A stretch of DNA of 49,500 bases, the filler included, from Sphacelaria rigidula (lineage: Eukaryota), in the NCBI GenBank assembly GCA_964200075.2. It is 3 parts of 3 records of this genome, joined end to end, with 100 filler letters (N's around TTAATTAATTAA, not from the genome) between each part and the next. Parts side by side here need not be neighbours in the genome. Positions count along the whole stretch, not along the records: positions 1 to 16,435 come from CAXNAA020001363.1; 2 more parts are not named here. One strand, 5' to 3'. The notes under the pieces are model-generated. The model ran no database searches and had not been told where the DNA came from. It worked only from the letters and a program-made list of their open reading frames with translations. Made by a program: the position numbers and the translations under genes. Positions 1-12,158 of this stretch are shown here, piece by piece (position 1 is the stretch's first letter; every line of letters starts with the position of its first letter).

Positions 1-150
1 ACGTCGTACAGAGATTAAACAACGCTCAGGTACCCGTATAAAACACTTACAGAAGTCACAGAACAACTGTCGGGTACGGTACATACCCGGAAAAATACCC
101 CGAGTATACAGAAAACCGTACCTTACAGAACACAACCTTGAAAAATTCTT
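1..150 (-). repeat. Partial copy of the ~40-bp-unit minisatellite element (same family as 14765-16140)
   Basis: Reverse complement matches the leader CAAGGTTGTGCTCTGTAGGGTACG...GTATACTCGGGG and the first unit at ~14770-14900. Confidence 0.8.
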
Positions 151-351
151 CTCGACGGAACTCATTCAATGAGTCGTGTTCTGTCGCCCTCAATGCCGGC
201 AGGTTGGTCCACGGAAAAGAGTCACGACTAAGGGTGTGTGTCGGCAAAAAGATACGTTCGATCGGAAATAGAATAAAAATGAAAAGGGGGGCGCTGCATC
301 GACCCGCTGCATTGAACCGGAACCGATCTAGAACTCTGAGGACACCCATAC

Positions 352-530
352 ATCAATTTTCGATTATCTGAACGTTGAACGTTGACTTTTGGTTCATCAC
401 CGTTCTGCTCAGATCGGGAGACACCTGCATCTCCCCCAAATCGGGGGGATGCGGGAGATGCAAGAGTCTCCCGATCTGAGCAGAAAGGTTTTGAACCAAA
501 AGTCAACGTCCAGAGAATCGGAGAATTGAT
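352..530. repeat. ~180-bp inverted repeat/hairpin (pre-miRNA-like or foldback MITE)
   Basis: Arm ACGTTGACTTTTGGTTCATCACCGTTCTGCTCAGATCGGGAGACACCTGCATCTCCC pairs with GGGAGATGCAAGAGTCTCCCGATCTGAGCAGAAAGGTTTTGAACCAAAAGTCAACGT. Outer pairing extends to ATCAATT/AATTGAT. Confidence 0.85.
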
Positions 531-707
531 CTGGTCTTCTGAGACAGAGCCAGATGAAAAACATTGCTCAACGACTGGGGTCCGAAACATCAATCCACTA
601 GAGAAAATCGTCTGTAGATGGGTTGAAATCTTCATATTTGCACGAACACGGTTGGTTCCCATAAAAAATAGTCTCAGTGTGTTTCCTCTTTTTTCCTCCC
701 CTTCTAG

Positions 708-796
708 CCTCACGCGAGAGTAAGCAGAACTGATGAACAGCCCTGCTTGACTCGTAAGGTGTCGGGCCGACCGGCAGGTGCTCCAGCCAATCACAG
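708..796 (+). other. Putative short exon (possibly 5' UTR exon of the amidase gene)
   Basis: Polypyrimidine tract + TAG acceptor ending at 707 and CAG|GTGAGT donor at 796/797. No recognisable protein motif. Confidence 0.35.
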
Positions 797-1235
797 GTGA
801 GTATGTCTAATTTCGGAATAGTTTTCATTGTTTTGACACGGCTGTCACACCTCCGGGCCCATGGGTATGCACTACGCGACGACCAAGGCCACAGCAACAC
901 AGAGAAGCATTCTACCCAACTTCAGCTGTAAAAGGCTGTCATTTTCAGTACCAACGCGCGCTGGAGCTTCAATAGTCTCTGAGTTCGGTGCTATTGTATA
1001 GTACGACTTTGCTGCTCGTGTGGGTGTTTCCTCCCGGTCAGCATCGTATCGTACCCGCCCGTGATTCCGTGTTCAACCCCCCTTGGCTTCCTCTGCAAGT
1101 AAGGCTCTGCACTACCGATAGCACCTCCTTTGTAAAAGCTCCCCGCCAAGGTCTTTTTAACACCTCGAATTTTGGCGTCACCAGCATCATCGCCCGGGAG
1201 AAAATCAAGACCTGAAAGACGTCGGAATAAACAGC

Positions 1236-1400
1236 ATGGGCATCCTAGAGCTTTTGGTAGACCCCAGCACCGGCGCATTTCACCCTGCACTTACAGGTGC
1301 GGTCGCCACGCTGATCTGCCTGGTGGCTACCACGTGCACGCTTATTGAGTACGGCAAGAAAGCAGCGTTGGCCCAGCGCTGGGACTATGTTTGCAAACAG
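1236..1400 (+). CDS. Amidase-signature (FAAH-like) protein, coding exon 1 with N-terminal membrane anchor
   Basis: ATG at 1236, hydrophobic LTGAVATLICLVATTCTLI, phase-0 donor CAG|GTATGC. Joins in frame to exon 13261 (RWDYVCKQ|VASDRDRKIHK), the usual TM + basic helix layout of FAAH-type amidases. Confidence 0.7.
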
Positions 1401-1449
1401 GTATGCATCTTTTCATGTACATTAGAACACATGTATGAAGTTCGAAGAT

Positions 1450-1622
1450 CGGGCGCCGTCGATTCGAGCAATATCGGTACAACCATAGGCGTATCGGACC
1501 GAGAATAAAGTTCGATAGATAGTCTTGGAATATCGAACCGCAACCGCCGACACCGATATTTTTGTCGATATCCCGAAAATGACACGATACGTATCGAGTA
1601 TCAATAGTCGATACGATACGGC
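1450..1622. repeat. CGAT/ATCG-rich degenerate repeat, probable relic related to the interior of the 3694-3949 MITE
   Basis: Dense ATCG/CGATA motifs resembling 3810-3935. Confidence 0.4.
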
Positions 1623-1999
1623 TGTGTTGGTATAGCCGCAGAGTACAAGACCGAGCAGTACACTGGCACATAGACACCCTCACAGCACTACAATATTGTA
1701 GGAACATCCCCTAGACAGATTCTCAAAACTCACTTACTCCTCACCAGAAGCGATGCTAGGGCTGAACTGGGTGGCATCGCAACCATTTCGCCGAGATAAA
1801 GTAATCGAGATTCGAAAATGGCTCCTGAGGATGTGGTATCTCAAGCAACCTACGGTAGTTTCCAGTGGACAGCAGCGGACACATGATGTACAACAGCGGG
1901 TAGCGGATGCGGTGATACAGAGCTGTCTTGCGAATATCTTTCGTCGTCGTGCAAGAGGTACAGTAGTTGATCACAGCGGGCCGTGTGTGGTATTGGTTA

Positions 2000-3119
2000 C
2001 GAGCTGGTTCAGATTGAATACCCACAATTTATTCCGCGGCATTTCCTCACGCCGCTTTTCCGAGTTGGACCACGAAAAATTGCACACACGTTCTCGATGG
2101 CACGATTTAAAACTCGAAGACCGGGCTTTTTTATTTCGGGTTTTGGTGTCGAGATAGTCGGGAACTGACCCCTCCCCCGGTCAAGTAGGTCAACCGCGAC
2201 CTTGGATAAAAAGCCACCACCATAAAAAAGAAAAAAAGAAAACCCGCTCTTCCAGTTTTAGATAGTGGCCTCCAGAACGTGTGCAATTTTTCGTGTTCTA
2301 ACTCGAAAAAACGGCGTGAGAAAATGCCAAAACGTGCGCTGAAGTCTGCGTGCCCCCTAATCACTTCATTTAAGAACAGAATCGCCCTTGTTGAGGATTG
2401 ATTTTACGGTAAAAGACCCGGCCGATTCAATTTTTGGAGTTGAGCAACGAGACCTGATCCACATGTTCATTGGGATACCACATAGCGTTAAGATGTCAAA
2501 CTTTTGGTGTTGAGGCATTCTGTACCGGGTTCCAGGGGTCTTTATGCTGGGACCCCCGGAAGCCGGTACAGAACGGAGAAACTTTGAAATCTTGACAAGA
2601 ATACAATTTTTCCATTTGGAGCATCAATACCTACGGAACTGCCAATTTTGAGGATGATCTGAGCTTCTCTACAACGAATAAAGGGAAATCATCACGAGGC
2701 TCCGTGGGTCTTTCGTACGCATCATGAGAGGAAATTAGACGACGCCAAAGCTCCACATCACCGAAACATTACGGTTTAAGCAAAATTCGACCCCGTTGGA
2801 ACCGTTTTCAACTCTGTTTTTCCCGTTAGATTTCCAAGCTGATGACGGTTACTACGATTTGAACCATGTGGAGATTCGGTGGAAATTGGGCTTGGAATTC
2901 ACGATTTCAATTTCGGAACAGTTTGAAGGAAGCTGATTGGTCGAGACATAATTTTGTCCATAGCGCCACCGCTATAGCCTTAGACAAAAATATGGCTATG
3001 TCACCCTTTCTGTCTGTTCATTGCGGTCAGTATGATACCACATTTGTGCATATTGGCTGGGTATTGCGTTCGTCATCAGCCGGGGAATAAATTTTAGGTA
3101 TTCAATCTGAACCAGCCTG
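2000..3119. mobile_element. Non-autonomous TIR DNA transposon, Tc1/mariner-like (TA target)
   Basis: ~40-bp TIRs CGAGCTGGTTCAGATTGAATACCCACAATTTATTCCGCGGC / GCCGGGGAATAAATTTTAGGTATTCAATCTGAACCAGCCTG, flanked by TA at 1998-1999 and 3120-3121. Internal inverted repeat ~2037-2130 / ~2235-2330. No transposase ORF. Confidence 0.75.
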
Positions 3120-3693
3120 TATACTGTTCTCATTTCTAAGGTCACTACTCCGTGTGTTTCGATCGAATGAGCGCGTACCTCGACTCTGCACATTCACTAT
3201 TATAGCAGGGGAAAATGTGTCAAACCTTGAACATGCACAAACTCAAATGCGAGCTCTTTTTTATCGACGTTTTTCACGACCAATGACAGGAAACGTCGGC
3301 AGCATGCGTCAAGTTTTGATTTTGGATGCCAATATATATATGTATATATATATATATATTCGTATGTCACCAACCAAAAGAAAAAACCACTAAGCTTGCA
3401 ACAATTGAAATGTCCAGACTAATGGATGGAGGGGAAAATAAACCCAACACTCGTCAAACATGAAGGGCAGGCGAAGCGACAGTACCATCTCCTCATACTT
3501 CGAAGGACAGCTGTTTTCTACTGTTATCTGCAGCTTTGCATTAATCGTGACCTCAATGTACTCTGCCACGTCATCTTTATGTTGCCGTTGGTAAACACAC
3601 CCGCTGAATCATATCACTATACCCGAAATCCACAAGGCACCAGCGGTGTGTGGTGTGTGAAAGGGACCTTGTGGAATGAGGGATGGGAGGGGA

Positions 3694-3949
3694 CAGGGTT
3701 GCACATCAACTGGGGGTCTGCCGCTCAGGAAACACCACCCCCCCTGCGTTTCCTGTGACGACAGTTTCGAGAAATTGAGCTAAAGTGACGAAAAATAAAC
3801 AAAAATGTCGAGCGTATCGATATTCGATATTGATATTTGATTTTGATACATATCGCATATATCGGTTTTCTACGCTCCGATACCGATATGGCATATCGCC
3901 GATATTTATCGAAATCGTATCGATTATCGATATCCAATGTGCAACCCTG
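3694..3949. mobile_element. MITE, hAT-like termini
   Basis: Perfect 13-bp TIR CAGGGTTGCACAT / ATGTGCAACCCTG with a CGAT-rich subterminal region. No 8-bp TSD is visible. Confidence 0.65.
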
Positions 3950-4299
3950 GGTACAACAGTACTGTACTGGCGACAAGAACCACATCCGGCGGTTCTTTCC
4001 AGAACCAATTTGACAACGCCGTTTTATGCAAACGTTTTTCAACCAGTTGTTTAACTTGCACTATATGCTCAAGTGGAGGTACACATGTGGTCAAAGGAAA
4101 CCTTGCGCGGTCTAATGAACGGCAGATACACCCGCTGGTGTACAGGACTTCATCGCGTAAGGACTAGATTTTAGTGGTATATGTATGTGCTCATTTTCGC
4201 CGAGTCTTGGTTGAAAATGAAGGATTGAAGCGAAGACAGAATCTCATGTTTGTGCAAGTGGAAGATTTTCAAGAGTTGCAGCCCCTCGTACGCAGTGGA

Positions 4300-7200
4300 A
4301 TCTGGAATGTGGTAACAGGATGAAAGGACTACTGGTCAGCGTAGTCAACGATTCAGTCGAGTTGGCAGCGCGAAGAGTACTCACTAGAGAACCAGGGAGC
4401 GAACGAGGCTGCTTAGCGGGAGGGCTGCACCGGGGTGTTCGAGGTTGGTGGAGTGAGACCAAGCTGAGTCAAGTGGGTGATCGAAAGACGTGGTGGTGGA
4501 GATTCTTCGTGTTTTTCTCCTGTGCGTCTGTACTGTTGCCTACTGTCTGCAGACGCACTACGTTCTGTGATGTTTAACGTCGGCGTAATGTCGACGTCCG
4601 CACAGCCTGGGGGCGGCAAAGGTGAGGGATGTTGAGTGCGTGTACAGGAACCAGCGGCAAACGAAGATGTTGCCAAAGCATTGCGGCGCTTGCGGCAAGT
4701 GACGCCGCCGCAGGAAGAAGTAATGGGGGGGGAGGGGTGCCCGGCGCAGGGTGGGTCTACATCCGACGTACACCAGCCCGGCGCCAGCATCGGCTTTTCT
4801 TCACTGCGCGGTGGAGGCGGCGACGGCGATCGCCTTTCGCGCGTCATCGGCCAGCACATGGACGCGCTAGACGACGACATTAATGACATGCGTAAAATCA
4901 TCTCCCAAGGGGAAGCGGCAAGGGCTGCGAAACTGTCAATTTTCCGCATTCTTCTGGTCAAAAAAGTGATGCAGCAGATGGATACTTGTGTGGCTCGGAC
5001 CGATCGTCAGGTTGAGTCTGGTCAGTTCGTGTCCAACACGGGGGTGCGGGCAGGGGCGGCACTCTGTGGGACGGCAGGACACCCAGACGTGGTTTGGATG
5101 GGGGACGACGGTAGCCGGTAGAAGGGAACGAAGATCAGGGTGATCCTGTGGACAGTCTCTGGAGAAGCATGGCGGCTCCGGTGGTGGGCACCAAGCATGT
5201 ACCGGGTGTGTGCCACCTGGGCATGGGAGTATAGAGGTCAGCCGTAGCCAGCCAGGTGCGTTGCCACCCGAGAATGCCAATACGGAACGTCTGCCATGGC
5301 CGGGCGCCTCGCCCGCAGTCCATACGCTTGGGGCGGGCTGGGGCGGGCTGGAGCAGCAAAGTTTATCCCGTTCCCGTTCTAGGCGCCAGGGCGGGTTGGC
5401 CAGGAACACGCTTGGGCACGGAGGGAGCGGCGAATCGCCGTTATCGGCGTGGGGGAGACTCCCGCCCAGTCACCAGCGCTATTCGAGGAGGAATAGTGGA
5501 AACAGCAAGAGCTGCGGGGCCGTATGCAAGCATGACAAGATGGGTTACTGCGGAAGTGGTGGCTCCTTATCGGACGAGCCCCCCTGCGGGAATTTACGTA
5601 ACGTGATCTGCAAGGCATTCGGAGGGCGCTGATGTACGTGTCTCAAATGGGGGCCACGGCCTTGTGTGCATTGTCGGGGTTCGACGTTTCTTTCATCATG
5701 CCGCCGGGTGCTTTTGGGTCGGGAACGGCGGCCAGCAACATACTGCTGGTAGATCAGCTTGGCTTGTCGAGGCGGGCGATTGTGCGCTTGCTTGGCGCGG
5801 GGGTCGTTGCTTCGTCAGGACAGGAGGATGCCACTTGCTCCGGACGACTTGCGGCGATTCAGACGGCGTTCGAGTGCAAGGCGGTGGATTGTTGGGCAAA
5901 CATGAACACTAGCTTCAATATGATGGCGCAGCCGTCGGCATATGACACCATAGTCGCGGCGCCATCAGCAAATCAGACATCTCCAAGTGGTCTGAAGTCC
6001 TCGCGTAGTGGTCCCGCGTGATCAACGCGCGCTCTTGAACCCCCCCGCTCAGCGCTGCCGTTCCACATTGCCCGCCGATTCCCGCGTTTCTTTCCCGCGC
6101 TCATTCATCGAAATCGGGAAAGACGCCGTGCGTATGGCGAGTATGGGGTATATTGATGCCTGTGAACGGTCTGGTGACGGCGGTTCCATCAGCCCCAACG
6201 GCGGCGGTGGTGGTGTTGGTGATGGAGGCCGCTGGCCCCGGCCGCGGCGCGCCCCCTCCCAAACACCCGACATCGGAAGACCCCTGCTACGATTTTCAAG
6301 ATTACGACCACTGCCGCAGGTGAACACAGTGTCGCTTTTCCCATGACATCGATTGTGGTGATGGTGGTGATGGTGGCAATTCGGCCCGAGGATGGGGGTG
6401 GGGGCGGCGGTAGTGATGGTGGGACTGTTCGGTCGGGGGTGTGCTTTCGTGCATCCGAGGGGGATCAATTTCGGGTTGGAGGAGCCGTGGTGTCTCGCGT
6501 CCGTTAGAGTATCCCGAGATCGTTCAGACGGGGGGGCAGGGGCTGTCGCTTGGACACTTGGGCTTATGTTGGAAACGTTTTCGTTGCTGACTGATGGCTT
6601 GTGTTCTGACATATGGAGGGGTGGATGGTAGGATGATGATGTGAAATCGCTACGACGGAATGATTGCGCTGAAAAGAATGGTGGCTTTGGCCGGCCTCCC
6701 GCGGGAAGAGTGTGCTTTGCAATTCTCGGCAAATTGGTGGCACCACGCAGTTGTCTTGTCTACAGCGGGAATAGCGCCGAAGGTGTTGCAGAAGGAATGT
6801 GGAGGTCAACAGCGTACGGAAGTGACGCTTGCACAGAGGTGGTGTCTGAGGTGCTCGCGGATAGGGGTAGGAGCTGAAACAGGCAGCCAGATCGGAGTAT
6901 AAAGTGGGGCGGGAATTGGGTTTGAGGGTGGAAAAAGAATCTAGGGAGTGTGCGATTCGACAAAAGTCAATTATGCACTTCGTAGTGGTATTTGCAATGT
7001 GTATATGGGTACCGTCATGTAGCAGGAGGGGGAGGGGGGCGGGGGGAACGGTACCGTCGGTTGGGGGTATATGCAGGCTGGGTGATTCCGTGTAGCTCAT
7101 CTTCAGGTGGTTGGCCGACTGTCGGATGCGTGTGGAATACTGTATCATTCGGATGTGTGATCCTCCGGGGTTTTCCTCTGCCGTCCTCCCTATCAGAATG

Positions 7201-8650
7201 AGCGTGAGGGGGGTTTCATGTTAGATTCACCACAAGATTTGAAAGCATTGAAAAAATGTCCGCTTTGGGGCATTTCTACTCACGTCGACTGTTTTTCTCG
7301 TCCTTTCGCCATGCTCCAACTCTCGGACACCCTTGCCCCTACTCCCTAAGCTGATGTATGCTTGCTAGGCTGTCACGAAAGTCTCGAGTTCGAGGTGAGC
7401 CATTAATTACTCCTTCGATTCAAACAGCAATGTTCTGGAACAGCCAATTATGATCTGGAACACGTAATCACCTCAACCGACCCAACCTTCTCTGGAAACT
7501 CTCCCGCTTTCGCACAAAACGAGGGTTCCTCTGTAAGACGGGATCGATCCCTTTTAGCAGTTGCTTTCGAATTTTGTCAGTCGGGCACTACCTGCCCACC
7601 ATACACTTCGGGGGAGAGGAAGGAAAGTCTCGTGGATCATCGGTTCACACTTACCCACGTCACGATTACCCCATCTACAATATGCGGCCACCTAGGTCCG
7701 ACCCCGGCGATAAACGCTCTCCATTTATCAACACCTACAATGCCACTGGCTGTCGATATCGTCTTTGCGTTTCCACCATTGCGCGCCTAAGTTAGTACCC
7801 ATCAAGCCATATCGAGCAACTGAGTGCTGAATGTTGAACACCGCATCTTTCACTCCTCGATGAAAAACGCAATCGCTGCCAAGTGACTGGCGACCGTGTA
7901 TGACTGTAGTTCCTTCTTTGCACATCACCCAATGCGCTCGATCAGTGACCATGCTCTATTATCTCATCTTCCTCATGGCGCACAAACACGGGCAGGTCTA
8001 GCTCGTGCCTACCCTAATCCCACAACCCACAAAATCCCTTGCTAAGCTTTGCTGACGATGGCGGAATGGACTTTCGGTCGACCCCGAGGCCTGAATCCGT
8101 GAACACAGACGCCTCCTCCCCTTCCCGACGTCCTGCGTATGCCACTGAATATCAGAGCGGCTGAGTGTCAAGTTACTGGATGTGGGTGTCACCGGCTATC
8201 ATGGAATTTCGTCAGCAAGATCATTCAACACCCCTGGCACATGCTTCGCCCCAGCCTGATGTCATTTTCAAGACGCCAAGCATGCGCGTTGGTGCGTCAT
8301 TGCGTGGCTTCTTACTCCCTCACGCGAACTCACTCCCGACACAATGGATGAGCGATCTCCCCGCGAAACAACGCAATCGGCCCTTAACCGCAGGATTTGC
8401 TTTCTCCCCAAAACTCAGGAAACCGTGCCAGCATTACCGTACCGAAAAGTGATTTCCGGGACGAGTGTGTCACGTTTTAAATTTCGAATGGAATTATTCC
8501 TCATGACTTGATTCATATCTCCAAAATATGCGGTCAATCTGTGCACCAGGATGATAATACTGAACCACGCAATGATGATCCGTCGGAAAACTGACCAACG
8601 GCACATGTCAAGATTGTCATGAAATCGCGGGCCCAACATCACCAACCTCT
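4300..8650. other. Unidentified GC-rich, degenerate coding-like block inside the amidase intron
   Basis: Chain of broken ORFs (4636-5121, 5210-5632, 5632-6021, 6049-7148) with a helical segment (HMDALDDDINDMRKII) and Cys-rich stretches. No recognisable domain. Confidence 0.3.
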
Positions 8651-8699
8651 AGTGTACTCTTGTGGTGAAGCAAATACTTGCTCGGGAGTGTCGCGAACG

Positions 8700-9300
8700 A
8701 GACATGGGGCTCAAAGTCACCTAACGACAAAATTTACCACTTTGAGGCTCACTTGCAATGCCATTCCACACACTGGGATGCTACTTCTGCACCACGGAGC
8801 GAGAGTCCATCAGAAACTGGTCAACGGCAATTGTCGAAATCATCATTAAACCCTGGGCCCAAATTCACCACATTTCGGCGTGAGGTGAACAAAATACTCG
8901 CCCGTGCTTCTAACGAAGGAGACGTACGGCAGAAAGACAGTCAACGACAAACTTCCCCTTTCGAGGCTCACTTGAAAGGCCAATTCGATACACCAGGGTG
9001 ATACTACTGCACCGCGCAGTGACGAGTCCTTTGGAAACTGGCCAATGCCACACGTCGAAATCACCATGAGCTTCCGGGTCCAAACTTCCCCACCTTGCAG
9101 CATGTGGTAAAGACAACTTGCAAAGACAACTTGCCCGTATACTTGCCCGTACACACAACGAACGAGGAGGCGCGAGAGCGTAAAACGTAAAACCGGCCAA
9201 CGGCGAATGTTCCTCCCTTTCGAGGCGCACTTGCGTTCGTGGGCCATTGCAGCAGCAACGGTTGCAGCTTGCCAGCCTTCCAATCCGACGGCGAGAAATA
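8700..9300 (+). repeat. Diverged tandem repeat, ~220-260-bp period
   Basis: Motif TTTCGAGGC(T/G)CACTTG-like at ~8740, ~8958 and ~9218. Motif CCAAA(T/C)T(C/T)..CAC at ~8860 and ~9080. Confidence 0.55.
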
Positions 9301-9335
9301 ATGTACTTCGGTGTCAATCATCCACCCCAATACTT

Positions 9336-9501
9336 GCTCCGTCTCGACAGAGATGCGTGATCAATGGTCAGACGATTAAGGCGAGCAACAAATGGGTAGG
9401 CTCCCCCCCCCCCCTCTCCTCCCTGGTCCATCTCGAAAGGGATGCGTGGTCAATGGTCAAACGACTGAGGCAAGCAACAAATGAGTACGCCCCCCTCTCC
9501 T
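9336..9501 (+). mobile_element. Head-to-tail dimer of a short C-tailed retroposon-like repeat
   Basis: Two copies of CC(G/A)TCTCGAAAGGGATGCGTGGTCAATGGTCA..GACTAAGGCAAGCAACAAATG-like sequence, each followed by a C-rich tail. Flanked by direct repeat CCCCAATACTT (9325-9335 and 9502-9512). Confidence 0.7.
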
Positions 9502-9783
9502 CCCCAATACTTTCGGTTGGGTACCCCAATCCTTGCTCACCTTCGAATCCGAAGGTGAGAGTGTGGCGCCTCTGAATGAATACTCCACCGCAGCACTCGC
9601 GGTGGGGTGCCTCACTCCAGTATTTAGCGCGCGTCGAACAGCGGTGAGTCGAATGGCCCCGGTTCGCCCAACCGAGAGAATGTCAACGATGCTAAGGTAA
9701 ATACGGCGTCTACATCGTTGAAAGGGCTCGGTCCTTGGCGATGTAAACGACGTATTCGAGGATCAGTGCCTGGAACCACTATG

Positions 9784-11299
9784 CAGGCTGGTTCACGGTG
9801 AACACCCAAAATTGTGTCATCAGCAAATGCCTTCCGCAATACGCACCCAATATTCGCATATATGGTATCATACTGACCGTAATCAACACACGAAGAGGGC
9901 GACATAGCCTGATTTTTGTTCAAGGCCGTAGCGGTGGCGCTATGAACGAAAATGTGCCTTGACCAATCAGCGCCCTTCAAACTGTTCCGAGATCGAAATT
10001 ACGAATTCCAAGCCCAATTTTCACCCAATCTCCACATGCTTCAAATCGTAGTAACCGTCATCGGCACGGAAATCTCACGACAAAGACATATTTTTGAAAC
10101 GGTTACTACGGGGGTCAAATCATACCCGACACCGTGTTGTTTCGGTGATGTCGGTTGTTGGCGTCGTCTAATTTTCACTAATGATACGCACGGGAGACCC
10201 GAGGAGCCTCGTGACGGTGTCCCCTATATCTATCGTAGGAGAGCTCAGATCGTCCTCAAACTTGGCAGTTCCGTAGGTATTGATGTTCCAAATGTTTTTT
10301 TTTTATAATATTGACAACATTTTCATGGTTCCTCTGTTTTCTACCGGCTTCCGGGGGTCCCAGCATGAACACCCCCGGAAGGCGGTACAGAATGCCCTAA
10401 AGAAAAATAATGTAATGATGCGTCCTGGGATAGTCCAAGGAACACATGTACAAGGTTTGGTGCAGGAACTCGAAAACCTCATACAGTTTTTCTTGCCTTG
10501 ATGTCAAATTCACCCCAAAAGACGTTTCCATACTAAAACCAAGTAGTTAAGAGTTGCACGTTTCAAGCCCACGTCCTCCACAAACGCGCAAACCTTCACG
10601 CCGTTATTCGGAGTCAGATCCTGAAACTTTGCACAAATATGCTATGTATCGTTACGCAACTTTCTACGGACGAGGTATTTTTACTTCTTGAGTTTTTTCA
10701 CCGTTCTTCGGGGGTCTGACGGGGTCGAAGTCGTTTTTCGAAGTAGTCTCCGTTCGGGGACGCCGGAAAACCGGCACTACGGTACCTTTCTTTATTTTTT
10801 GCGGACGAGCTGTCGCCGCATAGCCCAAGGAAGGGCCCCACGGAATTTCGTCGCAAAGCTCGATCAACTGATGCTTGAATTTTCATGTCCACGTCAAAGA
10901 AGGCCTGAAAACGCCGTTTTGGTACAAAAATCAAGTAGTTAGCGGTTTCACCGCGGTACGCCAAGGTTTATCGCACAAAAGCCAAAAATCTCTCGCCGTT
11001 TTGAGCAGTCAGGCCCTGAAAGTCTGCACAGCTGTTGTATGGGTCATTACGCAACCTTTGAGAGAACGAGTTTTTTTTTCTTTACTGTTTTACGAGGGTC
11101 TGATTGGATCGATGTTTTCCCGAAAAAATGGAGACCCCCGAAAAACGGCGAAAAAATCGGAAAAGAATAAAACCTCGTTTTTCGAAAGATGCGTAATCAC
11201 CCATAGAACACCTGCGCAAAAATTCAGGGTCTAATTCCTTCAAACGGCGTGAGGCTTTGCCCATGAGTTTTTGTTTGGTGTTCACCGTGAACCAGCTTG
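9784..11299. mobile_element. Non-autonomous TIR element, same family as 2000-3119, opposite orientation
   Basis: TIR GCTGGTTCACGGTGAACACC / GGTGTTCACCGTGAACCAGC. 9790-10450 aligns to the reverse complement of ~2430-3117, and 11190-11260 to that of ~2035-2100. Confidence 0.75.
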
Positions 11300-11734
11300 C
11301 AGGAACTACGACTTAATGATGTAAGTATTAATAGCTCGTTTGTGTTGCTCGTCGAACTAATCGTCGGGCACCGTCCGCGACAGCATACTTTGTGTTCGAT
11401 TCCAGGCCTCAACCGCGAACATGTATCAACAGGTGAAAATATCTTGCTTGTGTTGCTTGACTGAGACCGCTGAACGGTACTGTGCCGTACGAAATTATCA
11501 CCAGAACAGCTATTGTATCTCCTTCTCCTCTTCGACAAGTCATCCACGTCTATCCGACTATGTACAGTCCGGTTCGTACCCTGATGCAATCCGATATCTG
11601 ACTGTTGCATGTGGGGATAATTCGACCCGGTCCGGAATCTCAGATCTCGCTGCACTCTGATCCTCTGCGTTCGATACAGACGGTATTGATCACTTCAGCG
11701 TCCAGTGTTGTCGGCAGGTATGGGTATCACACTT

Positions 11735-12130
11735 ATTTGTGATGGGTGCGAGTATATGTAATAAAGACCGCGCTCCCGGGCTGAGTTATACAATGATGCG
11801 GCATGAATCATATGTGCATGTTTCCCATCTGTCATTCTCACGGCATGAATCGTGCCTACATTTTTCCGACTGGCGGTTCGCGCGGGATGAATCAAATAGG
11901 CATTTTTTCCCCACTGCCGACTCGTACAAGAATTGTGATCCGTGCATGTTTTGTACCGTGTACTCTTTGTAACTGTGGTACTATTATAGTTGGGCTGTAT
12001 ACAATCCCATTTGTCATTCGTGTGACACTACGGTCATAAATTTTTCCCATCTGTGATTCGTACACGATGACTCTTCGATACATGAAGTGCACTCGACCGT
12101 CCTAACGAGGCAATTCGTACGAATCTTGAT
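11735..12130 (+). repeat. Degenerate short-unit repeat (TTTCCCATCTGT(C/G)ATTC / GCATGAATC motifs)
   Basis: Motifs recur at ~11800, 11820, 11845, 12005 and 12042. Confidence 0.4.
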
Positions 12131-12158
12131 TATCAGACGTGTGAAAACTTTTAGAGAG

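Noticed and set aside
8165..8200. VKLLDVGVTG as a methyltransferase or kinase motif
   Set aside because: Isolated short match between stop codons with no supporting motifs.
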